Below, in pieces: positions 34,652 through 44,055 of a stretch of DNA of 64,000 bases (within the stretch, counting starts at the first letter, position 1; each line of letters opens with the position of its first letter). Source of the stretch: Deltaproteobacteria bacterium (GTDB lineage: Bacteria; Desulfobacterota; Syntrophia; Syntrophales; UBA8958); NCBI GenBank assembly GCA_029553375.1, contig JAKPCH010000096.1:47382-111381 (forward strand), read 5' to 3'. The notes beneath the pieces were generated by a model that searched no databases, was not told the DNA's origin, and saw only the letters and a program-made list of their open reading frames with translations. The position numbers were made by a program, and so were the translations under genes.

Positions 34652-36253
34652 TCATTTTCTTTTTCCGTAATTTTCCCCTTTACGTTTGAAGATATAGATC
34701 TCCTCCCAGGCGTGGGGATTATAGACCATGGGCTTGAAGGCATGGGAAAACAACTCGGGACGATAGAGATCCTGCCAGTAATAAGGCAAAACAGTCACGA
34801 GTTCGAAATCCCCCACTCCCACCCCTTCCACCGCCCAGGCCTTTTGCACCTCCTTGACTGAAGGCCCGAAAATTATCATGAAATCCGGGGCGCTGACCCG
34901 CTTGAAATGGATGGGTGGGAGGGTCGGATATTTATCCCTGCTCCCCTTCGGCAACTGCCAGGCATAAACGGCATGGGGGGCGTGATACATCAGCGGGTAA
35001 ATCTTGAAATCCGGAACGACGAGGATGCTCTGTCCCCGTCGTACGTTCTCATTTATCCAACTTATGGTCGGTTTGTAAGGATCCTCCACGGGTTGGAAAA
35101 GTTCCATCACGTAAGAGACCGGTGTGGACCTGATCCCGGCATACCACGGCCCCCCGGCGTAGAAGACATTTGTCCAGAACAACCCTATGGAGAAAAGACC
35201 AACGAGCCACGTCTTTTTAGAAAAAATATGGTTGAGGGAGAAAACGACCAGAAAGATTCCCAAGGGGATAAGGGGCGGGAGGTACCTGATGTCGGCCAAG
35301 GTCCGCAGGGAAACGGAGAGCTGCGGCGACGTGAGGGAAATGGCCACAAGGTAGAGAATAAATGCCACAGCACCCCTGAGGAGAGCAACGTCTCGTTTGA
35401 GGACATAGGCAACGGGCACGAGCAGTAAAAACAAGAACGGCACGAACTCGCACTCGCTCATGTCGTGGATGTTGAGCCATAAGAGGGTCAGTTTATCCAA
35501 CAGCCCGGACGATTTGAGGGCGGCGGCGCTTCCCGTGGCCAAGGGATTCCATACGGACAAAACCGCCAGGGACACGGCGACCTGGGAAAGGACAAGGAAA
35601 ACTATCTGCGGGTTCCTGAAGGAATGAGTTTTTCTTCCCCACAGGAAATAGTCGGCCCCAAGGCAGATCGCGAGGGCAAAGTAATTGAGATAATTCGCCG
35701 CGAAGAGGATCGCCAGGCTCAGGGACAGGAGGACGACCCTCCCCCAGTCCCGGGGGGCGGCATAATACAGATAGGCGGAGGCGACGGAGAAAAAGAGGAC
35801 GGGGCTGTAATAACGGCATTGCCTGGAGAAGAGGAACAGGGACACGTTCCCCAAGACGGCCACCGCCGCCATGAACCAGACAATGGGCGGGGCGTCCTCC
35901 CGCCACAGCCAGAGGAACAAGAGGGCGACGGTCATCCAGCCCAGGAGGGCGAAGGGCAGGCGCAGCGCCCAGGCCTCGCCGCCCAGGACGGCCATGGCGG
36001 CGGCGGCGATAAAGGAGGCCAAAGGCGGGGTCGAGCGGTCGTGACCGTCTCTTATGAGGATCCCGCCGCGATAGGCGACGATGTTATGGTCGATATAGAC
36101 CGACGTGTCCCCCGATTCGAGGATGCCCTTCGCCGCCAGGGCGACGAGGGCCTCGTCGTCCCAGAGGGGGTGATAGCCGAGACGATAGGTGAGAAGGAAC
36201 AGGGAAGCCGTAAAAACAACAAGGAGAATCGACATCTTGGCTTTTATTCCCAT
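34652..36253 (-). CDS. polytopic membrane protein with C-terminal soluble domain, ArnT/PMT-like GT-C glycosyltransferase candidate
   Basis: 533 aa. The first loop carries HPLWDDEALVALAAKG (acidic DDE motif after TM1). Multiple TMs. A ~150-aa C-terminal non-membrane region. Confidence 0.5.
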   Translation of the reverse strand: MGIKAKMSILLVVFTASLFLLTYRLGYHPLWDDEALVALAAKGILESGDTSVYIDHNIVAYRGGILIRDGHDRSTPPLASFIAAAAMAVLGGEAWALRLPFALLGWMTVALLFLWLWREDAPPIVWFMAAVAVLGNVSLFLFSRQCRYYSPVLFFSVASAYLYYAAPRDWGRVVLLSLSLAILFAANYLNYFALAICLGADYFLWGRKTHSFRNPQIVFLVLSQVAVSLAVLSVWNPLATGSAAALKSSGLLDKLTLLWLNIHDMSECEFVPFLFLLLVPVAYVLKRDVALLRGAVAFILYLVAISLTSPQLSVSLRTLADIRYLPPLIPLGIFLVVFSLNHIFSKKTWLVGLFSIGLFWTNVFYAGGPWYAGIRSTPVSYVMELFQPVEDPYKPTISWINENVRRGQSILVVPDFKIYPLMYHAPHAVYAWQLPKGSRDKYPTLPPIHFKRVSAPDFMIIFGPSVKEVQKAWAVEGVGVGDFELVTVLPYYWQDLYRPELFSHAFKPMVYNPHAWEEIYIFKRKGENYGKRK

Positions 36254-36361
36254 CGTCGCGACCCTGCTTCCATATCCCAGGTGGTAAATCCACCTCGTCC
36301 GTTCGGTTGGAATGCTTATCTATGGGCGGCCGTCAGTCTCCGCGCAACATCCTCCGGCAGA

Positions 36362-38137
36362 CTACCGAAGGGATTGCCAACCGCCCCTTCTACCGGGGGA
36401 CCCGCCGCCGTGGGCGGCCTTGACTCCGGTTATCTCAGCGGTTTGATTACCTTCGGCGATCGACAGGTGCCGTAACGCCCCCTCCTTGTCGCCCATCTGC
36501 GACATCAGATAGGCCATGTTCCTATGGATGATCTTATTCCCCCGATCGAGGGACAAACCGGCAAGAAAGTGTTCACGGGCACAGTCATACCGCTTCAGGA
36601 GCAGGCAGGCCGCCCCGAGATTGTTGTGCCAGCTTACCCTCTCCTTATTGATCATAGGCCGGTCCTTGGCCGATTCGAGGATATTGAGCGCCTCGCTTCC
36701 CCGGCCTGTTTCGATCAGGAGGGCACCGTAGTTGATATAAAGGCGGGACCACACTATCGGACAGGCGAGGGCTTGGGAGAAATACGCCTCCGCCTCCCCG
36801 TATTTTTTTCCCTTCAGGAGGATCTCGGCGTAATCCCCGACATAAAGACAGTTCCTGAAATGCTCGGCCTCCTGTTTCAGGAAGGTCTTCTGGTCCTTCC
36901 AGAGATAGGCGTTGAGGGTATAGGACAGAAAGGCGAAGAAAAGGGCGATCAAGGATATTATCGACCGCTTGACGACCAGTCTTTTGTCTTCCCCCGTGAA
37001 CTCCAGGAGGGCAGCCAAGGCGAGGGCTAAGTAAGAAAGGGGAAAATAGAGCCAGCGCATGGCGATGAGAGAAACGGAATTCTTGCTGACAAGGTTGAGT
37101 ACCGGCACCAGACCGACAAGAAACGAGACGACGCCGAAAAGAAGGAGGCGTTTTTTTCTCTTGACGAAGAGAAGAAGAGACAAAATTATCAAAAACAAAA
37201 AGGGAAAAAGCACTTCCGGTGCCGAGACGGAGGCGGGGTAGCGCACGTAGAAGCTGTGCAGCTCGTAAGGAAAGAAAACGATCTTGAAATTGTAGAGGAT
37301 GAGATAGGGAACGAAAAGCAGGCGTTTGAAAAGATCAGGGGGGATTTGCCAATATGACCCAACAACCGTTTGTCTGAGGGCGACATAGATCAAAACGATG
37401 ACGGCAAACGGCAGGTAGCTGATGATTTCCCGTCGCGCCGCCGCCTTCTCATGGCCGAGGAAGCGGTGATAGAGAAAAAGCAAAGGGACCTGCACGAGGG
37501 CGAACTCCTTGGAGAACAAAGAAAGGGCAAAGGAAAGGAGGCTGACGGCGAGGGCCAAGGGAAGCCTCTTTTTCCACCAAACCACATAGGAAAAAAAAGA
37601 CACAAGGGAGAAGAAGGTAACAAGGAGGTTGTTCCGGGAGACGATAATGGCAACGGCCTCGGTCTGTGCCGGATGAACGGCAAAAAGGAGGACGGCCCAG
37701 AAGGCGCCCTCCTTGAAACCGAAACACCTCCTCAACCCCTCGTAGAGGACCAGACAGGTCAAGAGGTGAAGCAAAACGTTGGTGGCGCGGAATCCCGCGG
37801 CCTGCATCCCCCACAGGCGGTAATCCAGGTGATAAGTAATGTTCAGAAGAGGGCGGTAATAACCCGTGTGAAAGGTCGTTTTATCCTCAGGATCGACGAT
37901 GCCGTCTTCCTGGGATAGATAAGAGCCTATCCTCTGTGTCTCGGTTATATATCGGTTCTCTTTTATCAACACCTCATCGTCCGAGACGAAATCACCACCG
38001 AAGAGGGGAAAGTTGATCAGCCCGACGACGACGGTCAAAACGGCATAGACGGCGAGGCGACGGGACATTATTTCATTGAGACAACGGCCCCAATGCGGCT
38101 TTCCGAGGGACATGGAAGATAACCTTGCGAAACTCAA
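36362..38137 (-). CDS. TMTC-like membrane protein: GT-C (PMT_2/DUF1736-like) N-terminal domain + C-terminal TPR repeats, paralog 2
   Basis: GGDFVSDDEVLI after TM1, and FAVHPAQTEAVAIIVSRNNLL (the HPxxxExV signature I associate with TMTC/DUF1736). TPR-like C-terminus (YGEAEAYFSQALA..., YDCAREHFLAGLSLD...). Start uncertain (TTG 38137, ATG 38113 or ATG 38068). Confidence 0.65.
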   Translation of the reverse strand: MSFARLSSMSLGKPHWGRCLNEIMSRRLAVYAVLTVVVGLINFPLFGGDFVSDDEVLIKENRYITETQRIGSYLSQEDGIVDPEDKTTFHTGYYRPLLNITYHLDYRLWGMQAAGFRATNVLLHLLTCLVLYEGLRRCFGFKEGAFWAVLLFAVHPAQTEAVAIIVSRNNLLVTFFSLVSFFSYVVWWKKRLPLALAVSLLSFALSLFSKEFALVQVPLLFLYHRFLGHEKAAARREIISYLPFAVIVLIYVALRQTVVGSYWQIPPDLFKRLLFVPYLILYNFKIVFFPYELHSFYVRYPASVSAPEVLFPFLFLIILSLLLFVKRKKRLLLFGVVSFLVGLVPVLNLVSKNSVSLIAMRWLYFPLSYLALALAALLEFTGEDKRLVVKRSIISLIALFFAFLSYTLNAYLWKDQKTFLKQEAEHFRNCLYVGDYAEILLKGKKYGEAEAYFSQALACPIVWSRLYINYGALLIETGRGSEALNILESAKDRPMINKERVSWHNNLGAACLLLKRYDCAREHFLAGLSLDRGNKIIHRNMAYLMSQMGDKEGALRHLSIAEGNQTAEITGVKAAHGGGSPGRRGGWQSLR

Positions 38138-38150
38138 AGGTCTTAATACC

Positions 38151-40013
38151 CTATCGCGCCTCTTCTTTTAGGCGGGCCCTTTCGATCAGGTGACGCATTT
38201 CCTCGTCGGCCGCCCCGTTTGCCAAGGCCCGCCGCCCCTCCTCCAAAACGGTCCTTGTGTCACCCATCTCGAAAGCGAGGGCCATAAGTGTTTTTCGGGC
38301 CTTGAGATGTTTTTCGTCCAGATTCAAGGCCGCGCGCAGGTGCCGCAAGGCGTCGTCAAGACGTCCCAGCTCCAGGAGGGTCAAGGCCAGCCCGTAATGA
38401 TTCTCGGGGTTTTTTTCATTGGCGGCGATCGCCTTGTGATAGAAAGGCAGAGACTCTCCCGGTCTTCCCGTCCTCCGCAAGCAGTCACCGATCATCCTCC
38501 TGTTTCCGTCGTCTGCGAACCCCATCTCCTCCGCCTTCAGCAGGTAAGGCAAGGCCCTTGTGCACTCCCCTCTTTGGTAAAGAACGTTTCCGGTGCTGTA
38601 ATAGAGGACGTTATAGCCCGGTTTCGCCAAGATGGCCCTCGTCAGATAAGAAACGCCTTCCTCGAATCTGCCCGTGTTGGCCAAGTAGAGGCCGAAATTG
38701 TGAAGGGCGACGTAATTGTCGGGGTCGACCTTCAAGGCCTGGCGAAAGAGGGACTCGCTGTTTCTCCATGTGGCGGTCTGCAACCAGGAGGCGTGCATCA
38801 AGGCGGCGGCGCCGAAGGCCGCCGCCGTCAGGATGAACCACCGCAGCAGACGCCCTTTGGCGGCAAGGGCCGACAACCCCCACACCACCGCCACGAAGAT
38901 GCCGACCAGGGGCACGTAAGTATAGCGGTCGGCCAGGGCATGGGGCCCCACCTGGACGATGCCGCAGACCGGCAAGAGGGTGATGAGATACCAAAACCAC
39001 CCGGTCACCAGAAAGGGCGCGACACCCCTCAGGGACCAGACGCCGCCGGACACGGCCGCCAGGGAAATGAGGGCTCCCGCCGTGTACAACAAAGGGGTAG
39101 AGCCGGGATGGAGATAGAGAAAGGCCAGATCCGTCGGCCAAAAAGTAAGAAAGAGGTATTTCACGTAAGACACGGCGGCGTTGGAGAAGCGATCCCAAAA
39201 GGTCAGTTCTTTCAAGAGGCTCAAGGCGCCGACCTTCTCTTCCGTGTGGAGAACGACGATCGACGCGATCAGGGACAAGATCAAAAACGGTGTCTTTTCG
39301 AGCGCCAGCCCCGCCCATACCCTCGTTTTTCCCGCGATTCTATCGGGGATCAACCCCTCGGGGATCAGCAAAGGAACCGTCGCCTTGTGCCTTTCCAGGG
39401 GCCAGAAATCGAGGAGCAACATGATCAGGGGAAGGGTCACGATCATGGGTTTGCTCATCAGGCCGAGGATGAAGAACATCAAGACGACGAGATATCTTTT
39501 CGGGCGGGGATCACGGGCGTAGGGGACATAGGCCCAAAGGGCGGAGAAACCGAAGAGGGCGGAGAGGAGTTCCTTGCGTTGCGCCACCCAGGCCACGGGT
39601 TCGACATGGAGGGGGTGGACGGCGAACAGAAAGGCCGCGGCGGCACTCCGAAATTCACGCCCCGTCGCCGCCCTGAGGAAGAAGAAGAGCAAAAGGGTGT
39701 TGAGGAGATGGATCTGGACGTTGGTCCAATGAAAGCCGCCGGGGTTGTTTCGATACAGCTGACGGTCCATCATCAGGGATAACCAGGTCATGGGATGCCA
39801 GAAACCGTTTTCCGTCGCCGTCAGGGCCCAGGCGACGCCGTCCCAGGTCAAGCCGGCCATGACCTGGGGTTTCTCCACCACGTAGGTGGCGTCGTCGTAA
39901 TACACGAACTTGAAGTCCTGAACCTGCCAGAAAACGGCGAGGACGGCCGTCGTCAAGACCACGAGGGGAATTATTCTCCGTGCCTTTATGTTCACGCCTC
40001 CATCCCTCAACAA
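38151..40013 (-). CDS. TMTC-like membrane protein: GT-C N-terminal domain + C-terminal TPR repeats, paralog 1
   Basis: FKFVYYDDATYV after TM1, and FAVHPLHVEPVAWVAQRKELL. At least 5 TPR-like repeats (FRQALKVDPDNYVALHNFGLYLANTGRFEEGVSYLTRAI...). Start uncertain (TTG 40013/40010 or GTG 39995). Confidence 0.65.
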   Translation of the reverse strand: MLRDGGVNIKARRIIPLVVLTTAVLAVFWQVQDFKFVYYDDATYVVEKPQVMAGLTWDGVAWALTATENGFWHPMTWLSLMMDRQLYRNNPGGFHWTNVQIHLLNTLLLFFFLRAATGREFRSAAAAFLFAVHPLHVEPVAWVAQRKELLSALFGFSALWAYVPYARDPRPKRYLVVLMFFILGLMSKPMIVTLPLIMLLLDFWPLERHKATVPLLIPEGLIPDRIAGKTRVWAGLALEKTPFLILSLIASIVVLHTEEKVGALSLLKELTFWDRFSNAAVSYVKYLFLTFWPTDLAFLYLHPGSTPLLYTAGALISLAAVSGGVWSLRGVAPFLVTGWFWYLITLLPVCGIVQVGPHALADRYTYVPLVGIFVAVVWGLSALAAKGRLLRWFILTAAAFGAAALMHASWLQTATWRNSESLFRQALKVDPDNYVALHNFGLYLANTGRFEEGVSYLTRAILAKPGYNVLYYSTGNVLYQRGECTRALPYLLKAEEMGFADDGNRRMIGDCLRRTGRPGESLPFYHKAIAANEKNPENHYGLALTLLELGRLDDALRHLRAALNLDEKHLKARKTLMALAFEMGDTRTVLEEGRRALANGAADEEMRHLIERARLKEEAR

Positions 40014-40022
40014 CGACCATGC

Positions 40023-40051
40023 AAAAAAAAGGGGCGAGCAGGCCCCGCCCC
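40023..40051 (-). terminator. intrinsic terminator after the pilin gene
   Basis: The minus strand reads GGGGCG-GGGCCTGCT-CGCCCC followed by T8, 22 nt after the pilin stop and immediately before the first TMTC-like gene. Confidence 0.7.
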
Positions 40052-40073
40052 TTTCGCTGAGGATGTGCCTACA

Positions 40074-40442
40074 TTACGGTGAGATATTGCCCGTCGAATC
40101 CACGGTGAAGGTCCTCCCGCCGTTGGCGTGGCTCGCCGTGATGCTGAGGGCCGATTGGGTACCGTCTACGATAGTTGTGGTCACGTTGTTGGTAGATTTG
40201 AAACCATAGCTGGACAGTGTGCCCATAGTTGCCGTTGCCGTGGGACTATCGGAGAAGAGCGCCTGGGCCGCCGTGTAGGCGTTCTTCACGTCCGCCCTGG
40301 CCGCCGCCTCGTAGCCCCTGGTCCGGTGCGCCGGGAACTGCGGGATGGCGATGGCCGCCAGGATGCAGATGATGGCGATGACGATCATGAGCTCGATGAG
40401 GGTGAAACCCTTCTGGCCTCTCTTTTTCCTGAATACCTTCAT
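40074..40442 (-). CDS. pilA: type IV pilin (type IVa-like major pilin), Ser/Thr-rich, no C-terminal disulfide
   Basis: MKVFRKKRGQKG/FTLIELMIVIAIICILAAIAIPQF: a class III signal with Gly-1, Phe+1 and Glu+5. AGGAGG RBS 8 nt upstream. 23 of the last 62 residues are Ser or Thr. The only Cys lies in the N-terminal helix. Confidence 0.9.
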   Translation of the reverse strand: MKVFRKKRGQKGFTLIELMIVIAIICILAAIAIPQFPAHRTRGYEAAARADVKNAYTAAQALFSDSPTATATMGTLSSYGFKSTNNVTTTIVDGTQSALSITASHANGGRTFTVDSTGNISP

Positions 40443-40561
40443 CTATTTACCTCCTTCTTCAGTTTGTTCGTCCATGTTTACGGTCAATAAACCAACCCTG
40501 ACCGCCCTCTTATCTCTCCCGTCCATCCCCCCTTTCGTGTGTTTTTGTCTGTCTTGGTAAG

Positions 40562-40577
40562 TGCAACCATCGTGCCA
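40562..40577 (-). promoter_or_regulatory. sigma54 (-24/-12) promoter for the pilin gene
   Basis: The minus strand reads TGGCAC-GATGG-TTGCA, a perfect match to TGGCAC-N5-TTGCW. This predicts a ~105-nt 5' UTR before ATG 40442. Confidence 0.75.
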
Positions 40578-40679
40578 GAAAGCGGCTCCTTGCCCCGTTC
40601 CGGACTTTTCGTAAGTAGACGTGAAGGCTATTGATTTGCCGGCGGCGGCGGGGGGATGCCTTTGACGCCTCCCGTTGAT

Positions 40680-40715
40680 CCGTGAAAATCACGGTTTTGT
40701 CCGTAAAAATCACGG
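40680..40715. promoter_or_regulatory. tandem palindromes, candidate enhancer-binding-protein (PilR-like) sites
   Basis: CCGTGAAAATCACGG (40680..40694, perfect 6-3-6 palindrome) and CCGTAAAAATCACGG (40701..40715). Their centres are 21 bp apart, about 110-130 bp upstream of the sigma54 -24 element. Confidence 0.45.
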
Positions 40716-40823
40716 AACGGCTCCCTTTTTGGGCTATCCGTCGTCCTTGACACGACGGAAGGGGAATAGTAAGTTTCCATCGGTAATTACATTCACCCGG
40801 CAGACCGCCGCGGGAGGCGCGAG

Positions 40824-41198
40824 GTGTTCGAGGTCACGATCAAGCGGTCCTTTGCCGCGGCCCACGTCCTCAAGGAGATCGGTGGGCGCTGCGAGGAGCT
40901 CCACGGCCACAACTTCACCGTGGAGGTGACGGTGGGGGGCGAGACCCTCGACGACCGGGATCTCCTCATCGATTTCCGCGATCTCAAGGGGTGGACGGAC
41001 GAGGTCCTCGGGGGCCTCGACCATAAGTACCTCAACGATCTGGCCTGTTTCGAGGGTGTGAACCCCTCGTCGGAGCGGGTGGCGAAATACATCTACGACC
41101 GCTTGGCGCCCCGGGCGAGCGGGGCGGGGCTGCTCCTCCGGCGGGTCACCGTCTGGGAGTCGGACAACGCCCGGGTCTCCTACGGCCCCAAGTCATGA
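40824..41198 (+). CDS. queD: 6-carboxy-5,6,7,8-tetrahydropterin synthase
   Basis: GTG start. FAAAHVLKEIGGRCEELHGHNFTVEV...LDHKYLND... is the PTPS/QueD pattern. 4-nt overlap with folE2. Confidence 0.9.
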   Translation: MFEVTIKRSFAAAHVLKEIGGRCEELHGHNFTVEVTVGGETLDDRDLLIDFRDLKGWTDEVLGGLDHKYLNDLACFEGVNPSSERVAKYIYDRLAPRASGAGLLLRRVTVWESDNARVSYGPKS

Positions 41199-41968
41199 TC
41201 GATATCCAGAGCCAGAAGGACCATCGCCGGATCGCCATCACCAAGGTGGGCGTCAAGGGCATCAAGTACCCCATCACCGTCCTGGACAAGGCCAACGGCA
41301 CCCAGCCCGTGAACGCCACCATCAGCATGTACGTCAATCTCCCCCACCACTTCAAGGGGACCCACATGAGCCGCTTCGTCGAGGTCCTCAACCTGCACCG
41401 GGGGGAGATCAACATCAGGACCTTCCATAAGATCCTCGAGACGATCCGCGGGAAGCTCAAGGCCCAGTCGGCCCACATGGAGATCCTCTTCCCCTACTTC
41501 ATCGAGAAGAAGGCCCCCGTCTCGGGGGCGAGGAGCCTCATGGAGTACCGGTGCCTCTTCTGCGGGACCAACGACGGGCACCGGACGGACTTCCAGGTGG
41601 GGGTCACCGTGCCCGTCACCACCGTCTGCCCGTGCTCCAAGGAGATCAGCGCCGCCGGCGCCCACAACCAGCGGGGCCTGGTGACGGTGAAGGTGAGGTT
41701 CAAGAAGTTCTTCTGGATCGAGGACATCATCCGCCTCGTGGAGGAGTCGGCCAGCGGGGAGGTCTATTCCCTCCTCAAGCGCCCCGACGAGAAATTCGTG
41801 ACGGAGAGGGGATACGAGAACCCCATGTTCGTGGAGGACGTGGTGCGCAACGTGGCCCTGCGCCTCAACGCCCTGGACAATTTCCCCTGGTACAGCATCG
41901 AGGCGGAGAACTTCGAGAGCATCCACAACCACAGCGCCTACGCCTATCTGGAAAAGGAGAAGGGGTGA
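41195..41968 (+). CDS. folE2: GTP cyclohydrolase IB (FolE2/MptA family)
   Basis: [29 protein letters not shown]...[18 protein letters not shown]...CPCSKEIS is the FolE2 pattern. Confidence 0.85.
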   Translation: MIDIQSQKDHRRIAITKVGVKGIKYPITVLDKANGTQPVNATISMYVNLPHHFKGTHMSRFVEVLNLHRGEINIRTFHKILETIRGKLKAQSAHMEILFPYFIEKKAPVSGARSLMEYRCLFCGTNDGHRTDFQVGVTVPVTTVCPCSKEISAAGAHNQRGLVTVKVRFKKFFWIEDIIRLVEESASGEVYSLLKRPDEKFVTERGYENPMFVEDVVRNVALRLNALDNFPWYSIEAENFESIHNHSAYAYLEKEKG

Positions 41969-44055
41969 TGGAAAACTTCTTCAACCTCTACAGCCACGGC
42001 TTCGTCCGGGTGGCCGTCTGCGTCCCCCGCCTGAGGGTGGCCGACGCCCCCTTCAACGCCGAGGAGACGGTGACCCTGGCCCGGCGGGCCGCGGAGGCCC
42101 ACGCGGTCCTGGCCGTGTTCCCCGAGCTGGGGTTGACGGCGTACTCCAACGAGGACCTCTTCCACCAGGAGGCCCTCCTCGCGGCGGCGAAAGAGGCCCT
42201 GGCTTATGTCGTCGCCGCCTCGGAGGGGATGAGGACGACCCTAATCGTGGGCGTCCCCCTGCGGGTGGACCACCGCCTCTTCAACTGCGCCTGCGTCGTC
42301 TCCCGGGGCAGGATCCTGGGGGTGGCCGTCAAGTCCTACCTCCCCAACTACCGGGAGTTCTACGAGCGGCGCCAGTTCTGCCCCGCCGAGGAGGTCTCTT
42401 CGGCGACCGTGGACCTCTGCGGCCAGAGGGGGATACCCTTCGGGGGCGACTTGATCTTCGCGGCCGAAAACATCCCCCACTTCGCCTTCTTCGTCGAGAT
42501 CTGCGAAGACCTCTGGGTCCCCGTCCCGCCTTCGAGTTTCGCCGCCATGGCGGGGGCGACGGTGATCGCCAACCTCTCCGCCTCCAACGTCACCATCGCC
42601 AAGTCGGAGTACCGCCAGGGCCTGGCGGCCAACCAGTCGGCCCGGTGCATCGCCGCCTATCTCTACGCGGCGGCGGGCACGGGGGAATCGACGACGGACC
42701 TGGCCTGGGACGGCCACGCCATGATCCACGAAAACGGCAACCTCCTGGCCGAGTCGGAGCGCTTCGCCCGGGAATCCCAGATGATCCTCTCCGACATCGA
42801 CCTCGACCGCCTCGTCCAGGACCGGATGCGCCTGACGACCTTCAGCCAGAACGCCCGTCACCACCGGGACAAGTGGACCGCCTTCCGGCGCGTCACCTTC
42901 GAGGCCCCCCTCCCCGCTCCCCCCCGGGGGCAGGCCCTCCTTCCCCGGCGGGAAATCCCCCGCTTCCCCTACATCCCCTCCGACCCGAGGAAGCGGGACC
43001 AGCGGTGCTACGAGGCCTACAACATCCAGGTCCACGGCCTGGCCAAGAGGATCGAGGCCTCGGGGGTTTCCAACGTCGTCATCGGCGTCTCCGGGGGCCT
43101 GGACTCGACCCACGCCCTGATCGTGGCGGCCCGGACCATGGACCTCCTCGGGAGACCCCGCTCCCACATCAAGGCCTACACCATGCCCGGCTTCGCCACG
43201 ACGGACAAGACCTACACCAATTCCCTGAGGCTCATGAAGGCCCTGGGGGTGGAGGCCAACCGCCTCGACATCCGCCCGAGCTGCCGCCGCATGCTTAAGG
43301 ACCTGGGGCACCCCTACACGCGGGGCGAACAGGTCTTCGACATCACCTTCGAGAACGTCCAGGCGGGGGAGCGGACCTCCCATCTCTTCCGCCTCGCCAA
43401 CATGCGCGACGCCCTCGTCGTCGGCACGGGGGACCTCAGCGAGCTGGCCCTGGGGTGGTGCACCTACGGCGTCGGGGACCACATGTCCCACTACAACGTC
43501 AACGCCAGCGTCCCCAAGACCCTCATCAGGCACCTGATCCGGTGGGTGGCGGACCGGGAGATCTTCTCGCGCCGCGTCTCCGCCGTCCTGAGGGATATCC
43601 TGGAGACGGAGATCAGCCCGGAGCTCATCCCGGGGACCCGGGGCGATCAGCCGGCCCAGAGGACAGAGGCGGTCATCGGCCCCTACGAGCTCCAGGACTT
43701 CAACAATTTCTACATCACCCGCTACGGTTATCTCCCCCGGAAGGTGGCCTTCCTGGCCTGGTGCGCCTGGCACGACCGCAACGTCGGGGAGTGGCCGGAC
43801 GTCCCGGAGGAAAAGCGCAACGAGTACACTTTGGCCGAGATCAAGCACTGGTTGAAGGTGTATCTGCGGCGGTTCTTCCAGACGAGCCAGTTCAAGCGGT
43901 CCTGCATCCCCAACGGGCCGAAGGTGGGTTCCGGGGGCTCCCTCTCTCCCCGGGGGGACTGGCGGGCCCCCAGCGACTCCGAGGCGGTCGTGTGGCTCGC
44001 CGACGCCGAGGGGATCCCCGAAGAAGAGTACGGGAAAGGAGGTGATGGGGAATGA
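41968..44055 (+). CDS. nadE: glutamine-dependent NAD+ synthetase (long two-domain form)
   Basis: Start at [17 protein letters not shown] (ATG 41968 overlaps the folE2 TGA by 1 nt); the track ORF from 41551 overlaps folE2. CN-hydrolase domain ([17 protein letters not shown]) plus the NAD synthetase PP-loop ([11 protein letters not shown]). Confidence 0.9.
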   Translation: MENFFNLYSHGFVRVAVCVPRLRVADAPFNAEETVTLARRAAEAHAVLAVFPELGLTAYSNEDLFHQEALLAAAKEALAYVVAASEGMRTTLIVGVPLRVDHRLFNCACVVSRGRILGVAVKSYLPNYREFYERRQFCPAEEVSSATVDLCGQRGIPFGGDLIFAAENIPHFAFFVEICEDLWVPVPPSSFAAMAGATVIANLSASNVTIAKSEYRQGLAANQSARCIAAYLYAAAGTGESTTDLAWDGHAMIHENGNLLAESERFARESQMILSDIDLDRLVQDRMRLTTFSQNARHHRDKWTAFRRVTFEAPLPAPPRGQALLPRREIPRFPYIPSDPRKRDQRCYEAYNIQVHGLAKRIEASGVSNVVIGVSGGLDSTHALIVAARTMDLLGRPRSHIKAYTMPGFATTDKTYTNSLRLMKALGVEANRLDIRPSCRRMLKDLGHPYTRGEQVFDITFENVQAGERTSHLFRLANMRDALVVGTGDLSELALGWCTYGVGDHMSHYNVNASVPKTLIRHLIRWVADREIFSRRVSAVLRDILETEISPELIPGTRGDQPAQRTEAVIGPYELQDFNNFYITRYGYLPRKVAFLAWCAWHDRNVGEWPDVPEEKRNEYTLAEIKHWLKVYLRRFFQTSQFKRSCIPNGPKVGSGGSLSPRGDWRAPSDSEAVVWLADAEGIPEEEYGKGGDGE

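Noticed and set aside
40716-40823. preQ1 riboswitch upstream of queD; also checked upstream of DUF2065-queA at 55934..56254.
   Set aside because: I saw no small hairpin followed by the A-rich ...AAAAAACUA-type tail that characterises preQ1-I, and no convincing pseudoknot elements by eye.
41551-41967. Longer start for nadE (834-aa track ORF).
   Set aside because: The extension overlaps folE2 in another frame and is R/G/P-rich. [12 protein letters not shown] at 41968 is the conserved NadE N-terminus.
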